DNA of 63,946 nucleotides, the filler included, from Neolecta irregularis DAH-3 (taxonomy: Eukaryota): NCBI GenBank assembly GCA_001929475.1. It is 8 parts of 8 records of this genome, joined end to end, with 100 filler letters (N's around TTAATTAATTAA, not from the genome) between each part and the next. Parts side by side here need not be neighbours in the genome. Positions count along the whole stretch, not along the records: positions 31,730 to 37,778 come from LXFE01000376.1; positions 37,879 to 49,483 come from LXFE01000377.1; 6 more parts are not named here. The stretch is one strand, 5' to 3'. The first letter of the stretch is position 1. Each line of letters begins with the position of its first letter. The notes beneath the pieces were generated by a model. That model saw only the letters and a program-made list of their open reading frames with translations. It searched no databases and had not been told where the DNA came from. This document shows, one piece after another, positions 35,595 through 49,583 of this stretch. Made by a program: the position numbers and the translations under genes.

Positions 35595-37525
35595 TCACTT
35601 TTCATCGATAACGACCATGCCAGCAACGCAAGCAGACATGAGCGTAGCGATGGCCCCACAGACCAAAGCGGAAAAGGCAATTTTTGCAAAATCCGCTCTG
35701 CGAGCAGGGGCGATTTGTCCGAGGACGCCAATCTGAGTGCCTAGGGAGCCTAAATTTGCGAATCCGCAGAGAGCATATGTCTATTGTTAATTGTGCGGGA
35801 TGATCGGTATACGGCTATGATTCGGCCTCGATCAGAGATATGTGCATAGTCTGGATCTTTGCTTAGCATGGAGAATGCAACGAATTCGTTTTGGATGAGT
35901 TTTGTGCCGATGAGTTTGCCTACGAGGAATAGTTCGTTTCGAGGGGTGCCGAGGAGAAAGGCGACGGGGTAACAGATGTAGCCCATTAGTAGTCCAAGGG
36001 ATAGATTGGGGACGTTAAAGTACTGACCAAACCATCCGAGGAGGCCGTCGATGAGAGCGACAAGGGCGATGATGACGAGGAGATTTGCGAGGATCATGCC
36101 GGCGACTTGCAAACCGAGCCAGGCGCCGTCAGCGAAAGCGTGAAGGGCATTAGCTTTGTTTTGCTCCTCGTCGTGGGGGATGACTATTGTTCCCTTTGTG
36201 AGGGATTCTTCTGTTTCCGGGTAGCGCAGTTTGGAAACGGCCAAGGATGATGGGATTGACATGACGCTGTTTGTTAGAGAGAATGACAGGGGGGGTACCA
36301 GGACGAGATAAGTGCTTGCGGAGAAATGCCAAAGGAAATGTAAGCGATGAGGACGCTAGGGTTAGCTCGAGTTGCGAATGAACCTACGATCCAGCGATGG
36401 TGGCGAAACCCGAGCACATTATTTGGTGGATCTCGGACTTTGTCATGTGAGGGACAAAAGGTCGAATGAGGACAGCAGACTCGCCCTGGCCGATGAAGGG
36501 GGATGCGGCGGCGGCAACGGCTTCAGCACCAGAGACGTTCATTGTCCAGAAGAAAAAGGACGCGAATTTTCCTATAAACCATTGGAGGACGCCCTGGGGT
36601 TATTGGGGGAGAGAGCGGATGGTACCCAGTAGTATAAGAGCTGAACGAGAGCGATGAAGAAAATGATTGGGGGCAAGACGCCGATCAGGAACCAGGGGAT
36701 TTTTGGGACGGATGGATCTGTGAGGAAGGCCGTTCCATGATTGGCAAAGGACAAGAGCTGGCGAGCGAGCAGGGAGATAAAGTTGAAGATGTCGTAGCCG
36801 ACAGCAGTTCGAAGGACAAAGAGGGCAATAAGGAATTGGACGAGCATGCCGACGATTACAGTTTGCCAGTTGATGGCCTTTCTGTTTGTGCTTGTAGCCC
36901 AGAGACAGAATAGGAAGACGAGGAGACCAAAGATAGAGATGGCGCGGTTTGAGCGGCTGTTGTTTGCGGTTGTCTCGCTGGCCATTGTGCCGACGATGAC
37001 GACGGCAAGGGTAGCGAGGGCGCCGAGGATGGATCGAAGGTGGTGGGGGATCAGGGGCAGAGCGAGGAGGGCAGTGTTTGACCAGGCGCAGCGCAAGGGA
37101 CTGGGAGTGAGCGGGAGCAGATCAGAGCATACGCGGAGAGGAGCGAGGCGGGCAGGTGGAAGAAGAGGAGACGCAGAGTGACTGAGAGGTAGAGGAGAAA
37201 GGGAACGACCCAGTTCTTGTCGTTGCGGTGGAGCAGGAGAGCTGTGATCCACCAACTGGCGGGGTTAGTGGGTTTGAGGGGGGACCAACGCAGTGGCGAT
37301 GAGCCAGAAGAGGACGTGGAATGCGATGCGGTAGTGTGCGTAGAAGAGGGAGAGGGGGCCTAGGGCCGAGATGTCTGGATCGGTTGAAACGACAGAGGCG
37401 ACTTTCATATCATCTGGACCTGCAGCGGTGTCTGCATCAGAAAGGGGCGTGGTGTCTGCAGCGGCGTCTGAAAGGGGAGCGGTGTTTCCGTGCAGAGGCA
37501 GCAGGGTGGCATCTGCAGAGTGCAT
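35595..37525 (-). CDS. CNT1: Concentrative nucleoside transporter (CNT/SLC28)
   Basis: [66 protein letters not shown]; 6 introns. Confidence 0.93.
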
Positions 37526-37694
37526 GGCGGAGCAGGGAGCAGGAAGAAAGGCGGGTGTCTTAAAATGCCGGCAGGTTTCACAGCCATATTATTTTTTCGC
37601 AGCGATCCGGATTTTCCCTTGTCTAGGTGTGAATTGGATGGGAATTGTATCCAATGTAATAAATAGATAAGAATGATAGAATAGATATGAAGAT

Positions 37695-37755
37695 GAGATG
37701 CGATGAGATAGAGATGAGATAGAGATGAGATAGAGATGAGATAGAGATGAAGATC
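37695..37755 (+). repeat. GAGATAGAGAT 11-bp purine-rich tandem repeat
   Basis: About 4 copies visible next to a gap. Confidence 0.8.
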
Positions 37756-38340
37756 TGATTAACAGATGAATAGATGAANNNNNNNNNNNNNNNNNNNNNN
37801 NNNNNNNNNNNNNNNNNNNNNNTTAATTAATTAANNNNNNNNNNNNNNNNNNNNNNNNNNNNNNNNNNNNNNNNNNNNCTAGGCTCCGCTGCTCTCCGTA
37901 CTCTACTGCTCCTTTCCGCCTATAAAGCCGTGCTCCTCCCGTACCCACCTCGTACTCCCGTCTACGTACCCACCCATCTTCCGCGTGCGCCATGGCAAAC
38001 ATCGGCTTCCGCCCGCGCAGAAGCTCNNNNNNNNNNGATTTGCGCTGCAGCTGCCTGGAACGGCGTGGCGCGCAGGCCAAAGAGGGCAGGCGCAGTGCCG
38101 GAACCGGAACCTGGGCGATCGGCGGGCGGGCGGGCTACTAAAAGCCTCCCGTTGCCCCCGCTTGCAGCCATGACCTGTCTCCCCTGACTCTGGCCGCCTC
38201 CACCACCACAGAACACGTCTGCTTCTCCTAGGCTCCGCTGCTCTCCGTACTCTACTGCTCCTTTCCGCCTATAAAGCCGTGCTCCTCCCGTACTCACCTT
38301 CTACGTACTTCTACGTACCCACCCATCTTCCGCGTGCGCC

Positions 38341-38787
38341 ATGGCAAACATCGGCTTCCGCCCGCGCAGAAGCTCCGGCAGCCAGCCGTCGTCGGCATCG
38401 CCTGGCCAGCGGTGGTCGCTGCACTCGGGCTCAGACAGTACGGATCGCCTGTGCCAGCGCCGCAAAGCCAGCCTGCCGCCCGCCGCCGACTCGAGCCTCC
38501 GCCAGAGCGACAGTTTTGCCAGAGGCTCCTCCGAAGCGCCCCGCCCGCCCCAGCGCTTCTCCATCGACGCCGCAAACCTGCCCGGCCGCCGTCTCTGGTC
38601 CTCGCACAAACCACCAGCCCTCCCGCAGCCCTCCTTCAAAATCCACTGCTCCCCCGTCCCGCGCAAGTCCTCGCCCAGGCAGCGCTGGAGATCCTTCTGC
38701 CTGTGGGCCCAGATCACATGGTGCCGCTTCATCACCCGCATAAAAAATTCCCTGAGAAAGCTTGCCGCAAAGATTCATAAGCGTTGA
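38341..38787 (+). CDS. Hypothetical Ser/Arg/Pro-rich protein (148 aa)
   Basis: GCCATGG start about 70 nt after TATAAAG, C-ending codon bias; no family recognised, and GC-rich DNA gives spurious ORFs. Confidence 0.4.
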   Translation: MANIGFRPRRSSGSQPSSASPGQRWSLHSGSDSTDRLCQRRKASLPPAADSSLRQSDSFARGSSEAPRPPQRFSIDAANLPGRRLWSSHKPPALPQPSFKIHCSPVPRKSSPRQRWRSFCLWAQITWCRFITRIKNSLRKLAAKIHKR

Positions 38788-39199
38788 TGCCCGGGTCTCG
38801 TCCCGCTGTTTGGCGACTGGGATACATGGACTGACTCTGCTTTTATTTATTCCGTTTGTGCATAGTTGTCGTGGTGTTTGTTGTCATGGCATGTGTTGGA
38901 ATTGGGGGCGTTGGAACCCGTCGTCTTTTCAGTGGTTCTGGTTGGCAATGATTGGATGTATTCATTCTTATGAACCTCATGGCAGTTGCATGACGTTGAT
39001 CCGATGAGATGGTTCTCATTGTGCAGCAGTAGCCCGGCCAGGCCCTAATTATACATCCGGCAGAGCGGCCTCCCTTCTGCTGCTTCTGGGTCCGTAACCT
39101 CTATTACATCTTGCCCGTCTGTTTTGTTCCGTGTGGCGCCTAAAAACTCCCATCCTTCCCTTTTCCAATCCGTATATTGATTACTATCGTCCCTATTGC

Positions 39200-40619
39200 A
39201 TGTCTACAAAGCGCATCGTCACAGTCAGTCGGTCAGACGGAGACCAAGACCAGTGGCCAACAAACACCCACAAGGCTGTAGCTCCCGACGGTACACTGCT
39301 ACAGCCTCACTCACCCTCACCTATTTTTACAGGTACATACGATTACTTTAGACAAGTAGAACCAGATGAGCCAAAAGATCTGTTATGGAGGAGAAAATGT
39401 GCAGAGTTTCTATGTCAAAAAGGCCATCATGTGTCTGAGAGTAAGTACACAATTCCCCGCTTGGATTTTATTGACCGTAACACAGATGTCATAATGAACG
39501 AACTACCGAAAAATTACAAGCTCTATGAACAAGTAAAATTCAGTTCCACCTCTTCAAAACCCCGGACAGACGTCTACTTGTTTGGTATTGGCGCTTTAAA
39601 CTGCAGGGCTAATGAATCGAGGCCATCCAACAGGTCGCCGATTTCGCTCACCTAACGAGTTCAACGATCATTTGTTTTGGCTTGCATGCTCGGCGACATA
39701 CGATAGATCGTCCTGTGAATGTTGTTGTTGCAGAAATGGAGGAAAACGCCCAAGGAGTCATGGAAAAAAAACTCCCCCAAAGAAAATTGATCGTGATAAT
39801 GCCGCCGTGAAAGAAAGACTCGCGGATACACGTCCTGGCGCTCCGTTATTTCGACTCGGGGAGATTGCTTGGCTGGTGGCTGAACAAGACGATACTTGCA
39901 GGCCTTGTCGGATAGTCGATCGACACTTGGACCCAAATATCTCGTATACGATAGCAGATCTAGCTGGCCTACAACATGAACAGACTGTCGATCAATCGAG
40001 GCTTGTGCCCTGGGTATCTCGTCGAGCAGATTCAAATTCACCCAACAAGTCAATACAAAAAGCACTACAGATATCATCCTCATATTCCTTATTTCAAAAA
40101 ATTGACGATGAACCAGACCCAAAATTTCGGAAATTTGCAGGGATTTACATCGGCCCCGACAAAATCTGGGTTCAAGATCTCGTTCGAATTGAAGCTGAAG
40201 AAGCTGGTCACACCGAGGAATTGATGTACGTTACATCGCTTGGAGTAACCAACGACAACGAAGTGGTTTTAAACGGAGATGTATTTACTCGGGAGAAATT
40301 TGTGTCAGGATATATGGCAACTCGTATTCTTGATCAAAAAGTTCTTGTAGAGGCAGAGAAATTAGGCATAAAATGGACACAGAGAAACGGTCGAGATGCT
40401 TCGGGTCCTCATGTCATGCAATGCCATATGATGGATGTAAAAGGTCGTTGGTTTCCTTCGACATTTCCTGCTGTGATGGATCAACCTGATTCGTATCAAC
40501 GGACGGGAAATAGAGAGGATGCATTCAAATTTGAACACTGCATTCCTCTCAAAAGGCCGCCATCGCAAGATCTAGGCGGTGAGAGTGGACATGGAGAAAA
40601 AACTCCTCGGATCGAATGA
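39200..40619 (+). CDS. clr2: Cryptic loci regulator Clr2 (SHREC silencing subunit)
   Basis: SDG..WP, LPKNYKLYE..RTDVYLF|GHPTGRRFRSPNEF..HLFWL..CECCCC, FRLGEIAW, GIYIGPDKIWVQDLVRI, GRWF; 3 introns. Confidence 0.88.
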
Positions 40620-42007
40620 TATACCTGTTACATATTATAGATACTTGCTAAATATTCAAATCGCTTTACTCAATAACTTGCTTCGACCCGCCCAAGATCC
40701 TATATTGTAAAGGCTGATTCGTCTGGCTTTGACTTTTATCATGATGAAGCAATAATAAACCCAAAGTTTGTTTAACAATAGGTGTCTCAGATACCACATA
40801 TGAAACATATACAGTCCAACATCATTCACAAAGCTTTTATTAATCGAGTCAAGTCTAGTCATTTTCGAAATGCTCATGTGTTATGATGTCACTGTTATAC
40901 ATAATCGCAAAAGGTAAGGATTACGGCAGTTCTAAGCGCAAGCCCCGTACGTCACCTGTACTTGTTTCTTCCGACTTCAAAGAGGAATACGCAAAGTAGA
41001 CGTCATGCCAGTTAGGACGAGTTTTCAGCCATTCTCTTTAGCCCGAATTTTATGAAAGATATGACGCATTGTAGCTTCATCACCCAAAAAATATTGATTA
41101 AAAGTTTGGTACTAGAACAAATATTATTTGTATCCTTGCAGCAATTAACCCTGTCCTAACTCTTACAGAGCTTGAGTATTCTTTCTTGGGAAATTCAATT
41201 TTGGCTGCCCTCTCCAAGTGTATACCAAGGGAAAGATTGACTCACCCGTTCTATTAAATCAATCATTATGCAATATCTGCAAGGATTGCTGATGACATGG
41301 GATTACAAAGAGTAACTGCTTTGTCCGACATGTCATGCTGGATTCATGGTGCTGATGGCTAATATACTTTACATCTTGACTTGTGTTCCATTGTGCTCGA
41401 GTCATATGGTTGGTTAAATGGTGGTTGATATAAAGATTTGTAAACAGAGTTAAAGTTGCGGCTAGAGAGAGTCCGTCCTAAGCTCTGGAATCTGAAAAAG
41501 GAGAAGAGGGGAAGGGTGTGTATTCTTGTTCTGAGGATGACAATCAATTGGTATGACGATGATGCATTGTTATCTCATTGAAGAGAATGAGGGGCAGAAT
41601 GCTATCCTAAATACCTGCAGAACCCAAGGAGTAGTAGATAAAAAAAGGAAACTAAACCAAGATCCAATTGTTTGTGATGACTCGGATACTCTTAAGAAAA
41701 ACAGAACCAACGTAGGAAGCAGAACTTGAGCTGAGGTGGATAGGACAGCAGGTCAGGGAACGAGTGACGTAGAGTCTCGCGGAAAATTCAGAGTGGTGTC
41801 GTATTTGGTGAAATTCTCAATTTCGTGATTCTCTACGACAAACAAGCTTCGCGAGAATTTCCTTGCTAGTCGTGGTGCTAAATTGGGATGCCACAAAGTG
41901 ACATCTTGGTGCGGACACGTAAATCAATGAATAGTATTTCTATTTATCTCAGAATAATTGAATCGTTAAAGTTCATAAACATTAAGAGTCTAAACCCAGA
42001 ATATATG

Positions 42008-42620
42008 CTATTGTTGAGTATCCCAAGCAATGTTGACTCGCAACATATGGGCTACCGATCTTGTAAAGTGGGTCGAGTAGACGTTGTGACTCAATAGAGG
42101 GCCCAAGAGTTTCCAGAAAAAGTGCCTGCAACCTGACCCCTTTGACTTGAAAGACTCTTCTTCGGGAAGCTGCTTTGAAAAGGAGTCTGTTGGTGAGTCG
42201 TCGTACGAGATTCGGCGATGCAGGCCGTATATTGATCCGACTGCGCTGGGCGATGGAATTGGCGGCGTGCCTTTGTTGGATGACACAACAACGAGACCAC
42301 ACGACTTTTCGAGCTGGCTGAGTTTGAGGATGCGGTATAATGGTGATGCATAGCGGATCTTTTTGAGAGTCTTTTTGCAGTCAGACAGGGATTGAGGCAG
42401 CTCAAACCAAATCTCTTTGTGTTGCATCCTCCCAGCGTTCCCACGCACTGGCCAAACGGGATTCCAACCCATAGTAATGCGCGTGAATAAACGGAATTGG
42501 CACGTCGCATTCATACAGCGCCTTGAGATCGAGTTCGCCGTCGCGGCCCCTGAAATCATGCCATGTAGCGCGTTTGTACCGGGCAAATGAGTCGCGCGAG
42601 GATACATTGGCAGTGAGCAT
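42008..42620 (-). CDS. Hypothetical protein divergent from HIS4
   Basis: ORF MLTANVSSRDSFARY..DATQRDL joins in frame, via a GT..CTGAC..AAG intron of about 37 nt, to TLKKIRYASPLYRILKL..; family not recognised. Confidence 0.5.
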
Positions 42621-42731
42621 GGAGTGCAACTAGGGCGGTGGACAGCAATTTATACATAATCGCCAAGTGCCCTCGATCGATGCCGCATTCGAATTACGTG
42701 GAGGTTTGAACCACTTTGAACACACTCCACC

Positions 42732-45470
42732 ATGACTAGGAGTATTCCGCTCCTCCCGCTGGTTGCCATAGACACGAGCGAGGAAAAAAGTCTCGCCCGC
42801 CAGGAATTCGGCTATTTGGGCCATGTATTAGTCAAAGCGTCTATACAGAATATCGACCAGGTCCGCAAGTGGACCTGGTACCACGCGAGATCAGTTGACG
42901 TGATTGTCGACGTAACCACCATTGATCATGAACAAATCCGCGCTGTGTTGGACTCTGCAGCCGCAAAGTGCATTGTCGCAAAAGAGCAGCTCGAGCTGCT
43001 CGCGGACATTCATCCGAAGCGACTGGTGCTGTCCACCACCTTAGCCGTCGCGGCTTCAGATGAACTAGATCATCTCAAAGGACAGATCGGAGGGATCTAT
43101 GTCGAGCCTTGTGTCGACTCGGCTTTTGACCCGTCCCAGCTGGCAACTGCTTCGCAAAAGGTCTCGCACTATTCATCGCCTTGGGGCGGCATGTACCACT
43201 TTTTTCTCGCCATTCCGGGATCATCGGTACCAGTCAAGCTTGCGGAAACAATTAAACACTTGTCTGCCCTCAAGATTGTCCCAGTGGTAGCCTCCCACCA
43301 TCTAACGACATCGCCCGCCGATGAACCCAACTGCTACTCCATTGCCGCTGCCTATCTCGTCAATCTCAAGACCGACCGGCCGGATGGCTTGTTCACCACC
43401 GTTGTCGCCGACGAGGCCGGGCACGCCCTCGGTGTTGTATATTCCAGCGAACAAAGTATTGCCGAAAGCATTCGCCTAGGAAAAGGGGTGTACCATTCGC
43501 GGAAAAGGGGATTATGGCACAAAGGCGCCAGTAGTGGTGACGAACAAGAATTGCTTCGAATCGATACCGACTGCGACGGCGATTGCCTTCGCTTCACTGT
43601 TCGCCAAGTAGGTCATGGTATCTCTAAAACACTCGCTAGCCGCCTCACAAAAAGGGTTCTGTCACCTCAAAACTGCTACCTGCTTTGGCCAACTTAGAGG
43701 TCTTGCTCATCTCGAAAAAGTCCTCAAGTCTCGACTAGAATCCGCACCACCTCATTCTTATACAGCAAGACTCTTTTCTGACCAAGACCTCCTCCGCGCA
43801 AAAATCTTGGAAGAAGCGGAAGAACTCTGCGATGCCAAGACAAAAGATGAGGTCATTTGGGAAACCGCCGATCTCATCTATTTTGCATTAACAAAATGCA
43901 TATCGAGAGGTGTCTCTCTCGTTGACGTGGAAAGACAGCTCGATGTAATGTCTCTCAAAGTAACGCGTCGCCCAGGGAACGCAAAACCAAAGCAACCTGA
44001 ATCAAAGTCTGAAACCGAGCCAAAGTCTGATGAATTACAACAAGCTGGGACTTGCTATGGATCTCAAAATAACTCCCGAATCAAAATGTTGCATTATGAA
44101 TCCAAAGATCTGTCTCCCCGTGAAATACAATGCCTGCTTCGTCGGCCTGTGCAGAATACCGACAAAATCATGTCCATAGTCAAACCTATAGTTGATGCCG
44201 TAAAATCCGATGGAGACGCAGCCCTTGTCGAGTTTACTGCGAAATTCGATAAAGTCCATCTTAAATGCCCCGTTCTCAACGCCCCATTTCATGAAAACTT
44301 GATGCAACTTCCAAAAGAAACATCCGAAGCAATCGACCTGGCGTTCAACAATGTTAAAAAATTCCATACTGCTCAATTAGAGCTGAAACCAATGGTTGTC
44401 AATATTCTTCCGGGTGTCACCTGCTCTCGATTTGCAAGGCCAATTGACCGGGTTGGGTTGTACGTTCCCGGCGGAACTGCCGTGCTTCCATCGACTGCAA
44501 TCCATCTCGGAGTACCTGCATTTGTTGCAGGCTGTGAAACCATCATTATCGCCTCCCCGCCTAGGCAAGATGGAACAGTATCTCCAGAGATCGTATATGT
44601 GGCTCACAAAATTGGTGCAAAAGCTATACTGTTGGCTGGAGGAGCTCAGGCAATCGCTGCGTTAACATATGGAACTGAAACTGTACCCAAAATTGACAAA
44701 ATATTCGGGCCAGGAAATCAGTTTGTCACTGCAGCAAAGATGCTTGTCCAAAACGACAATTCTGCCTTAGTTTCAATTGATATGCCTGCCGGACCATCTG
44801 AAGTTCTCGTGGGTACCGAATAAGATCCAAAGACTAAATCAATAGGTCATCGCAGATTCTTCGGCAAAGCCAAAGTTCATTGCATCAGATTTACTTTCTC
44901 AAGCCGAACACGGCCCAGATTCTCAGGTTGTTTTAGTAGCAGTAGGTCTTTCTGCATCTCAACTCGAAGAAATTGAAATTGAAATTCACAAACAGGCGAA
45001 TCGATTGCCCCGACTCGATATCGTTCGTAAATCAATTGCGCATTCATTTACATACTCTGTTGACACAGTCGAGGAAGCAATAGATTTCAGTAATTCATAC
45101 GCGCCTGAACATCTAATTCTTCAAGTTGACAATGCACAAAATTTGGTTAAGAAAGTAAAAAATGCGGGCAGTGTATTTGTTGGAAATTGGAGTCCCGAGT
45201 CCTGTGGTGACTACGCATCTGGAACAAACCATGTATATTCTCAATCTCTTTTCTTTGTACTAATTCTAGACACTTCCTACTTATGGATTTGCCCGAGTTT
45301 ATTCCGGAGTCAATACTGCAAGTTTTATGAAACATATTACCAGTCAACAGCTGACGAAAAATGGATTAAAGGAAATCGGGCAAGCCGTGATGACGTTGGC
45401 TAGAGTCGAAGGATTAGAAGCTCATAGAGAGGCCGTTCGAGTGAGATTTGAAGATTCAGATGAAGAATAA
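42732..45470 (+). CDS. HIS4: Trifunctional histidine biosynthesis protein (PRA-CH, PRA-PH, histidinol dehydrogenase)
   Basis: [79 protein letters not shown]; 3 introns. Confidence 0.97.
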
Positions 45471-45579
45471 CGTACCGCGATATGTAATTGTATATGTAAC
45501 GGTTTAAAACATAAATCTTTGATCCTGAGTACTGAGATCACCAGATACTCCCGAAACCTCCCCAGACTTCGCCAAAAAA

Positions 45580-46120
45580 ATGAGCTCATCAGGCTCACAA
45601 CGATATGCACAAGAACTGCCTCCAGAAAGCGGCTATCCTGCCGTCCAATATAAAGTATAAGAGCCTTTATCTATCTCAGGCGTTAATTGATGAAGAGAAA
45701 CCTCCCCTCATGGGGTCCTCGACCTGGAATACTTTTTCTAGGAATGCTTGCAATCTGCGGTATTGGTTTTTGGCGCTACGGTCAAGGGCAAAATGAAAGA
45801 AGGTATTCTTCTATATGGACCAGAATTAACAAGGACAGAGAACTTGCAAGAGAAAAACAGTGGTCCAGATTACATTTACTTCCCCTTCTCCAAGCCGAAG
45901 CCGATCGAAGAAAAGCCAAATGGATTTATAACGTCAAACTAAAAGAAGAATTATTAGCTCCTGAAGCAAGGAGAATTAAAGTTTACAACACTGATCGGTA
46001 ATTTTGAAGTTTTTGACGTAGATTGACTTAAGATATGCCACACCGAAAGCTTTCCCATTTTCTCCAGAGTGGGATTTTGAGATGGATCCTAGCCTTCTGA
46101 ACCCAATAAAGAACGGATAA
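45580..46120 (+). CDS. Complex I accessory subunit NDUFA13/GRIM-19
   Basis: QELPPESGYPAVQYK|RNLPSWG, TM helix, RELAREKQWSRLHLLPLLQAEADR; 3 introns. Confidence 0.9.
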
Positions 46121-46375
46121 GATAAATCGGGAGAGGCGTTTGTTCACGATTCTGTATTACGAGATATACGAATGCATTTTTCAGGTAAAATCCACTCTTT
46201 CAACTTCCAGCCTTGGCAAATATCTGGCCAAGAAATATTTTCTGAATGGATCACTGCATAAAATTTGATATGAATGTTTGTTCTTTGTAAAAATGAGAAG
46301 CTACTCCATTGCTCCAATGTGCCTCCATTTGAAACTAGAGCCACAAGATATTAGAATGCAAAATAAAACAGAGAA

Positions 46376-48666
46376 TTATGAAACGACACATTGAAAGTCA
46401 CAAACTTCGTCAATGATGCTTTTCTCATCAAATGCAGTTTCAGATGATCCCTTTATTCGCAACTTTTGAATTCCCAAACCTTCATGCCACCAGCTTAAAA
46501 TCTGATCTTTGCATTCCGTACGACCAGACGATACCTCGATTTCAATATTTCTTTTAAAATGAAAATCCGGAATATAAAGTGTACTAAGTCCGACTTTCTC
46601 AAATGGCTGGAAATCAAAGGTAAACGTGATATTTCGTAGGTCGAACGAATAACCTAGTGGTTCACCTGCCGTGAGAATCGGGCTAGGTCGAGCAAACGCG
46701 ACGAAGGCTCTAGCTCCACTAGCTATTTCATTCATTGGAGAAAGAGACAACTGAGACATGGAATTAATCGAGGCGGTATCTGATGATTCTTTCATATTGT
46801 CGGACGACCAAACAGAGACATCTTCGCCGTTGAAGCCATCTCCCCATTTGTGGGAATTCTTGGGGGCTTAGATGAACCCTTTTTAAGAGAGCTTACGGTT
46901 GCACAGTACGTCCAAAAGGTGTAATTAAGCATTGCACCTTCAAGGGCAAAATTATTCGCATCCATAGCTTTGATTTGACTTGAGTAATTACCGTTATCGT
47001 ATGCTGCCTTGCCATCCATATCAAATGGAATACCAATTTCACTTAAAAGACAGGGCGTATTGCCAATATTTTCAAGGCCTTCTTTTTTAATTGCTACTAG
47101 TTGGTCACAGAAACAGTTTCTTGGCGAATTAGAGAAGGATCAGAGATAACATAAATACCTGATGGCTTTTTCACCAACCCGGATAGCCAGCAGGGGGGAC
47201 AAATATCTCCCACGGAGAAAACCGATGGTGTCTATATTGAAATAGGGGTTCCTATTTTATTAGTTTGGGGGGCGATATATGAATCACCATGATTTGTTCA
47301 TGAGCGTTAGTCCGTCGTAGAAATGAGGAGAATAGACAATTCTCGACAAATTCTCATCTTTGAGAACTGGTGGAACGGCTAGGACCGGGGGTTGTATAAA
47401 TATAATTGCCTGTTTATGAACTTGTCTGATTGAGCCGAGAAACTTTTTAAAATATGGGTTAAAGAAGATTTCGAGAAACGAAGCATTATCGATTTTCGTA
47501 CCATCTTTCATCTGGGAGAAGTAATCCGGAATGAGACAGGCCAGAGTAATTGGATCCCAAATTCCTTGTTGTGCCCAAATACACTCTCCAAGTTTCCACC
47601 CGGGATCTCGTTTCCATCCATATCTGGAATCATCGTAGGAAGGATCTACCCAGGCTATTGTTCCAGCCGGATCTATCAGCTTTGTTCCGATCTTTCGAGT
47701 ACCAAACGAAGTAAATTTGAAAACGTCAACAGTTGCTGGGAAGCCCATTCCGGTGATCATTGCTTGGAATGCCGTAGGACAGGTTCCTTTCCGCAGGTGC
47801 TGCGTAGATGGAATTATTGTGACGTCTGCGTGACCGATTAAACCTTCATGGGCTTCATTCAACGTCTCCCAGCCAATCACGCAAGAGTCTTCCAAGTCAC
47901 CTGCTTCGACTATTTTCCTTGCCATATATTGCATAGCATTGAAGAAGTGGTCTTGTAAATAGTCTTGGATGTTGACTCCATCAACGATACAGTTCGGGGT
48001 AAATTCACGACCACCAAAAAACATCGTGAATAGCGTGAAACAAGCGAGTCTATGGTAATTCGTTGACCATATCATTGCTGGAAAGTTTTCGGGTTCAGGC
48101 AAAATATTATGTACAAGAGCTGCCTCTGTATCAAGGAAATTCCTTGGATTGAAGCCTGCGAGATAAACAGTCCACAACGGTGCTCCTGAGCCACCAAAGA
48201 ATCGAGACCACTGGTAGTTAATAAATGCTTTGAAAACAAAACGGGAAATACCACATCCTGGTGGGGATCCATAAAAACCCAGAAGCCGTGTTCTTTGCAT
48301 TTTCGTAGAACCGCGATCGTGAAATCGATATATTCGTCATCATATTTGTCCCTGCTGAATCAGCCGATGGAATAACAGAACAACGTACGGTCCGGCATGT
48401 TCCACGGCCTCCCAAGTGACAAGGTATCGCAGAACATTAAATCCCCAACTCTTGATCCTCGCAAGATGTCCGTCTGCAGACTCTAAAGAAAAAGGTCGGC
48501 CAACGAACGACAACTTATCGCCTTCAAAGAAATGATGCGATTCCTGAGTCGGGACATTTGGCGAATATGGAAATTTGGTATCTGCCGCGAGATTCAGGCC
48601 TCGGAGAGTCAAAACATGCTCATCATGATGAAAATGCGGTCCTGAGATCTCAAGAAAAGGGGTCAT
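46376..48666 (-). CDS. GH5 subfamily 12 endoglycoceramidase-related / steryl-beta-glucosidase (Egh1-like)
   Basis: LRGLNL, SFVGRPF, TWEAVEHAGP, MDPHQDVWSRF.GGSGAP, ETLNE (acid/base), SEIGIPFDM (nucleophile); 5 introns. Confidence 0.92.
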
Positions 48667-48959
48667 GATTTTTGGAGAGGATGAAAAAAGAGAAGCTTTG
48701 ATCAACTAGGTGTTGTCCAGTCGCTGCGATATCAATTATCTATCCTTGTCGCATAATGTCTGGATATATTAATAATGAGTATTGTATCATTAATAACTTT
48801 AGCATAAAAAGGCTTGTAATTTGAACTGATATGGATGTTCCATCCGAGGGTCAAGGGACTCGCTCATAACACCAATGCATACTTTGAAGAAATATCTAGG
48901 TAGTCATCTAGCAGATTTATATACGAGACGTCTCCGCACGCGGTCAGCCAAACCAACAT

Positions 48960-49255
48960 GTTTCTACATTTAACTTTGAAGAACTAGGTTATTGGATTGG
49001 TGTCAACAAGCTAAGCAAGAATTGGTTATTGAACAGCAGAAATCGGTCTCCAGGACAAGAAGGCAAGGAAAAGGGCATCAAGTGACCCAAATACCAGATT
49101 TGCCAATATTGAAAATATTCAATGTGCAATTGATGAAGTAACTCAACAAAGGGAAAATTCGTAGCTAGAGCACCAGAATTAGAAGCTAAAAAACAGCAAA
49201 GGCATTAGAAAGAGCTAGTATTGATAGCTAGCTGCATGTTTGAATGGCAGAAAAC
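48960..49255 (+). mobile_element. Degenerate Fot1/pogo-like transposase C-terminal relic
   Basis: KKARKRASSDPNTRFANIENI followed by SCMFEWQ resembles fungal Fot1-family C-termini; stops and frameshifts present. Recognised from memory only. Confidence 0.5.
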
Positions 49256-49583
49256 CTTTGAATAGAACGTTGGGGAGACAAATATATGTGTCGTGCAAAT
49301 TCTTTTTTGGTGGAAAGGTCCGGGTGGTGGCCGTTTCATCGCCGCTGAGCTTGGGGTTATTTTTCCATTTGACAAGGAATTCTCTGCCAGTGTTCCTAAT
49401 CGACTAGACCAGAGGTCCTTCGGCCGCCTGTCTCTCCTGCCTTGCCCGTCTCTCCCGTTTCGCCCATCCCTCCCGCCCCTCCCNNNNNNNNNNNNNNNNN
49501 NNNNNNNNNNNNNNNNNNNNNNNNNNNTTAATTAATTAANNNNNNNNNNNNNNNNNNNNNNNNNNNNNNNNNNNNNNNNNNNN

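Noticed and set aside
37879-38374. Duplicated promoter and start of the 38341 ORF
   Set aside because: The first copy is a short gap-bounded fragment; probably haplotype or assembly redundancy.
40650-41900. Possible gene in the CLR2-HIS4 interval (likewise 11700-12400 and 60200-61220)
   Set aside because: I could not build a consistent spliced ORF or recognise any family.
42588-42593. Gcn4-type TGAGTC site upstream of HIS4
   Set aside because: A single imperfect 6-mer inside a putative coding region; expected by chance.
48830-48925. Possible MULE transposase fragment (HTLKKYLGSHLADL)
   Set aside because: Too short and frameshifted to support without a search.
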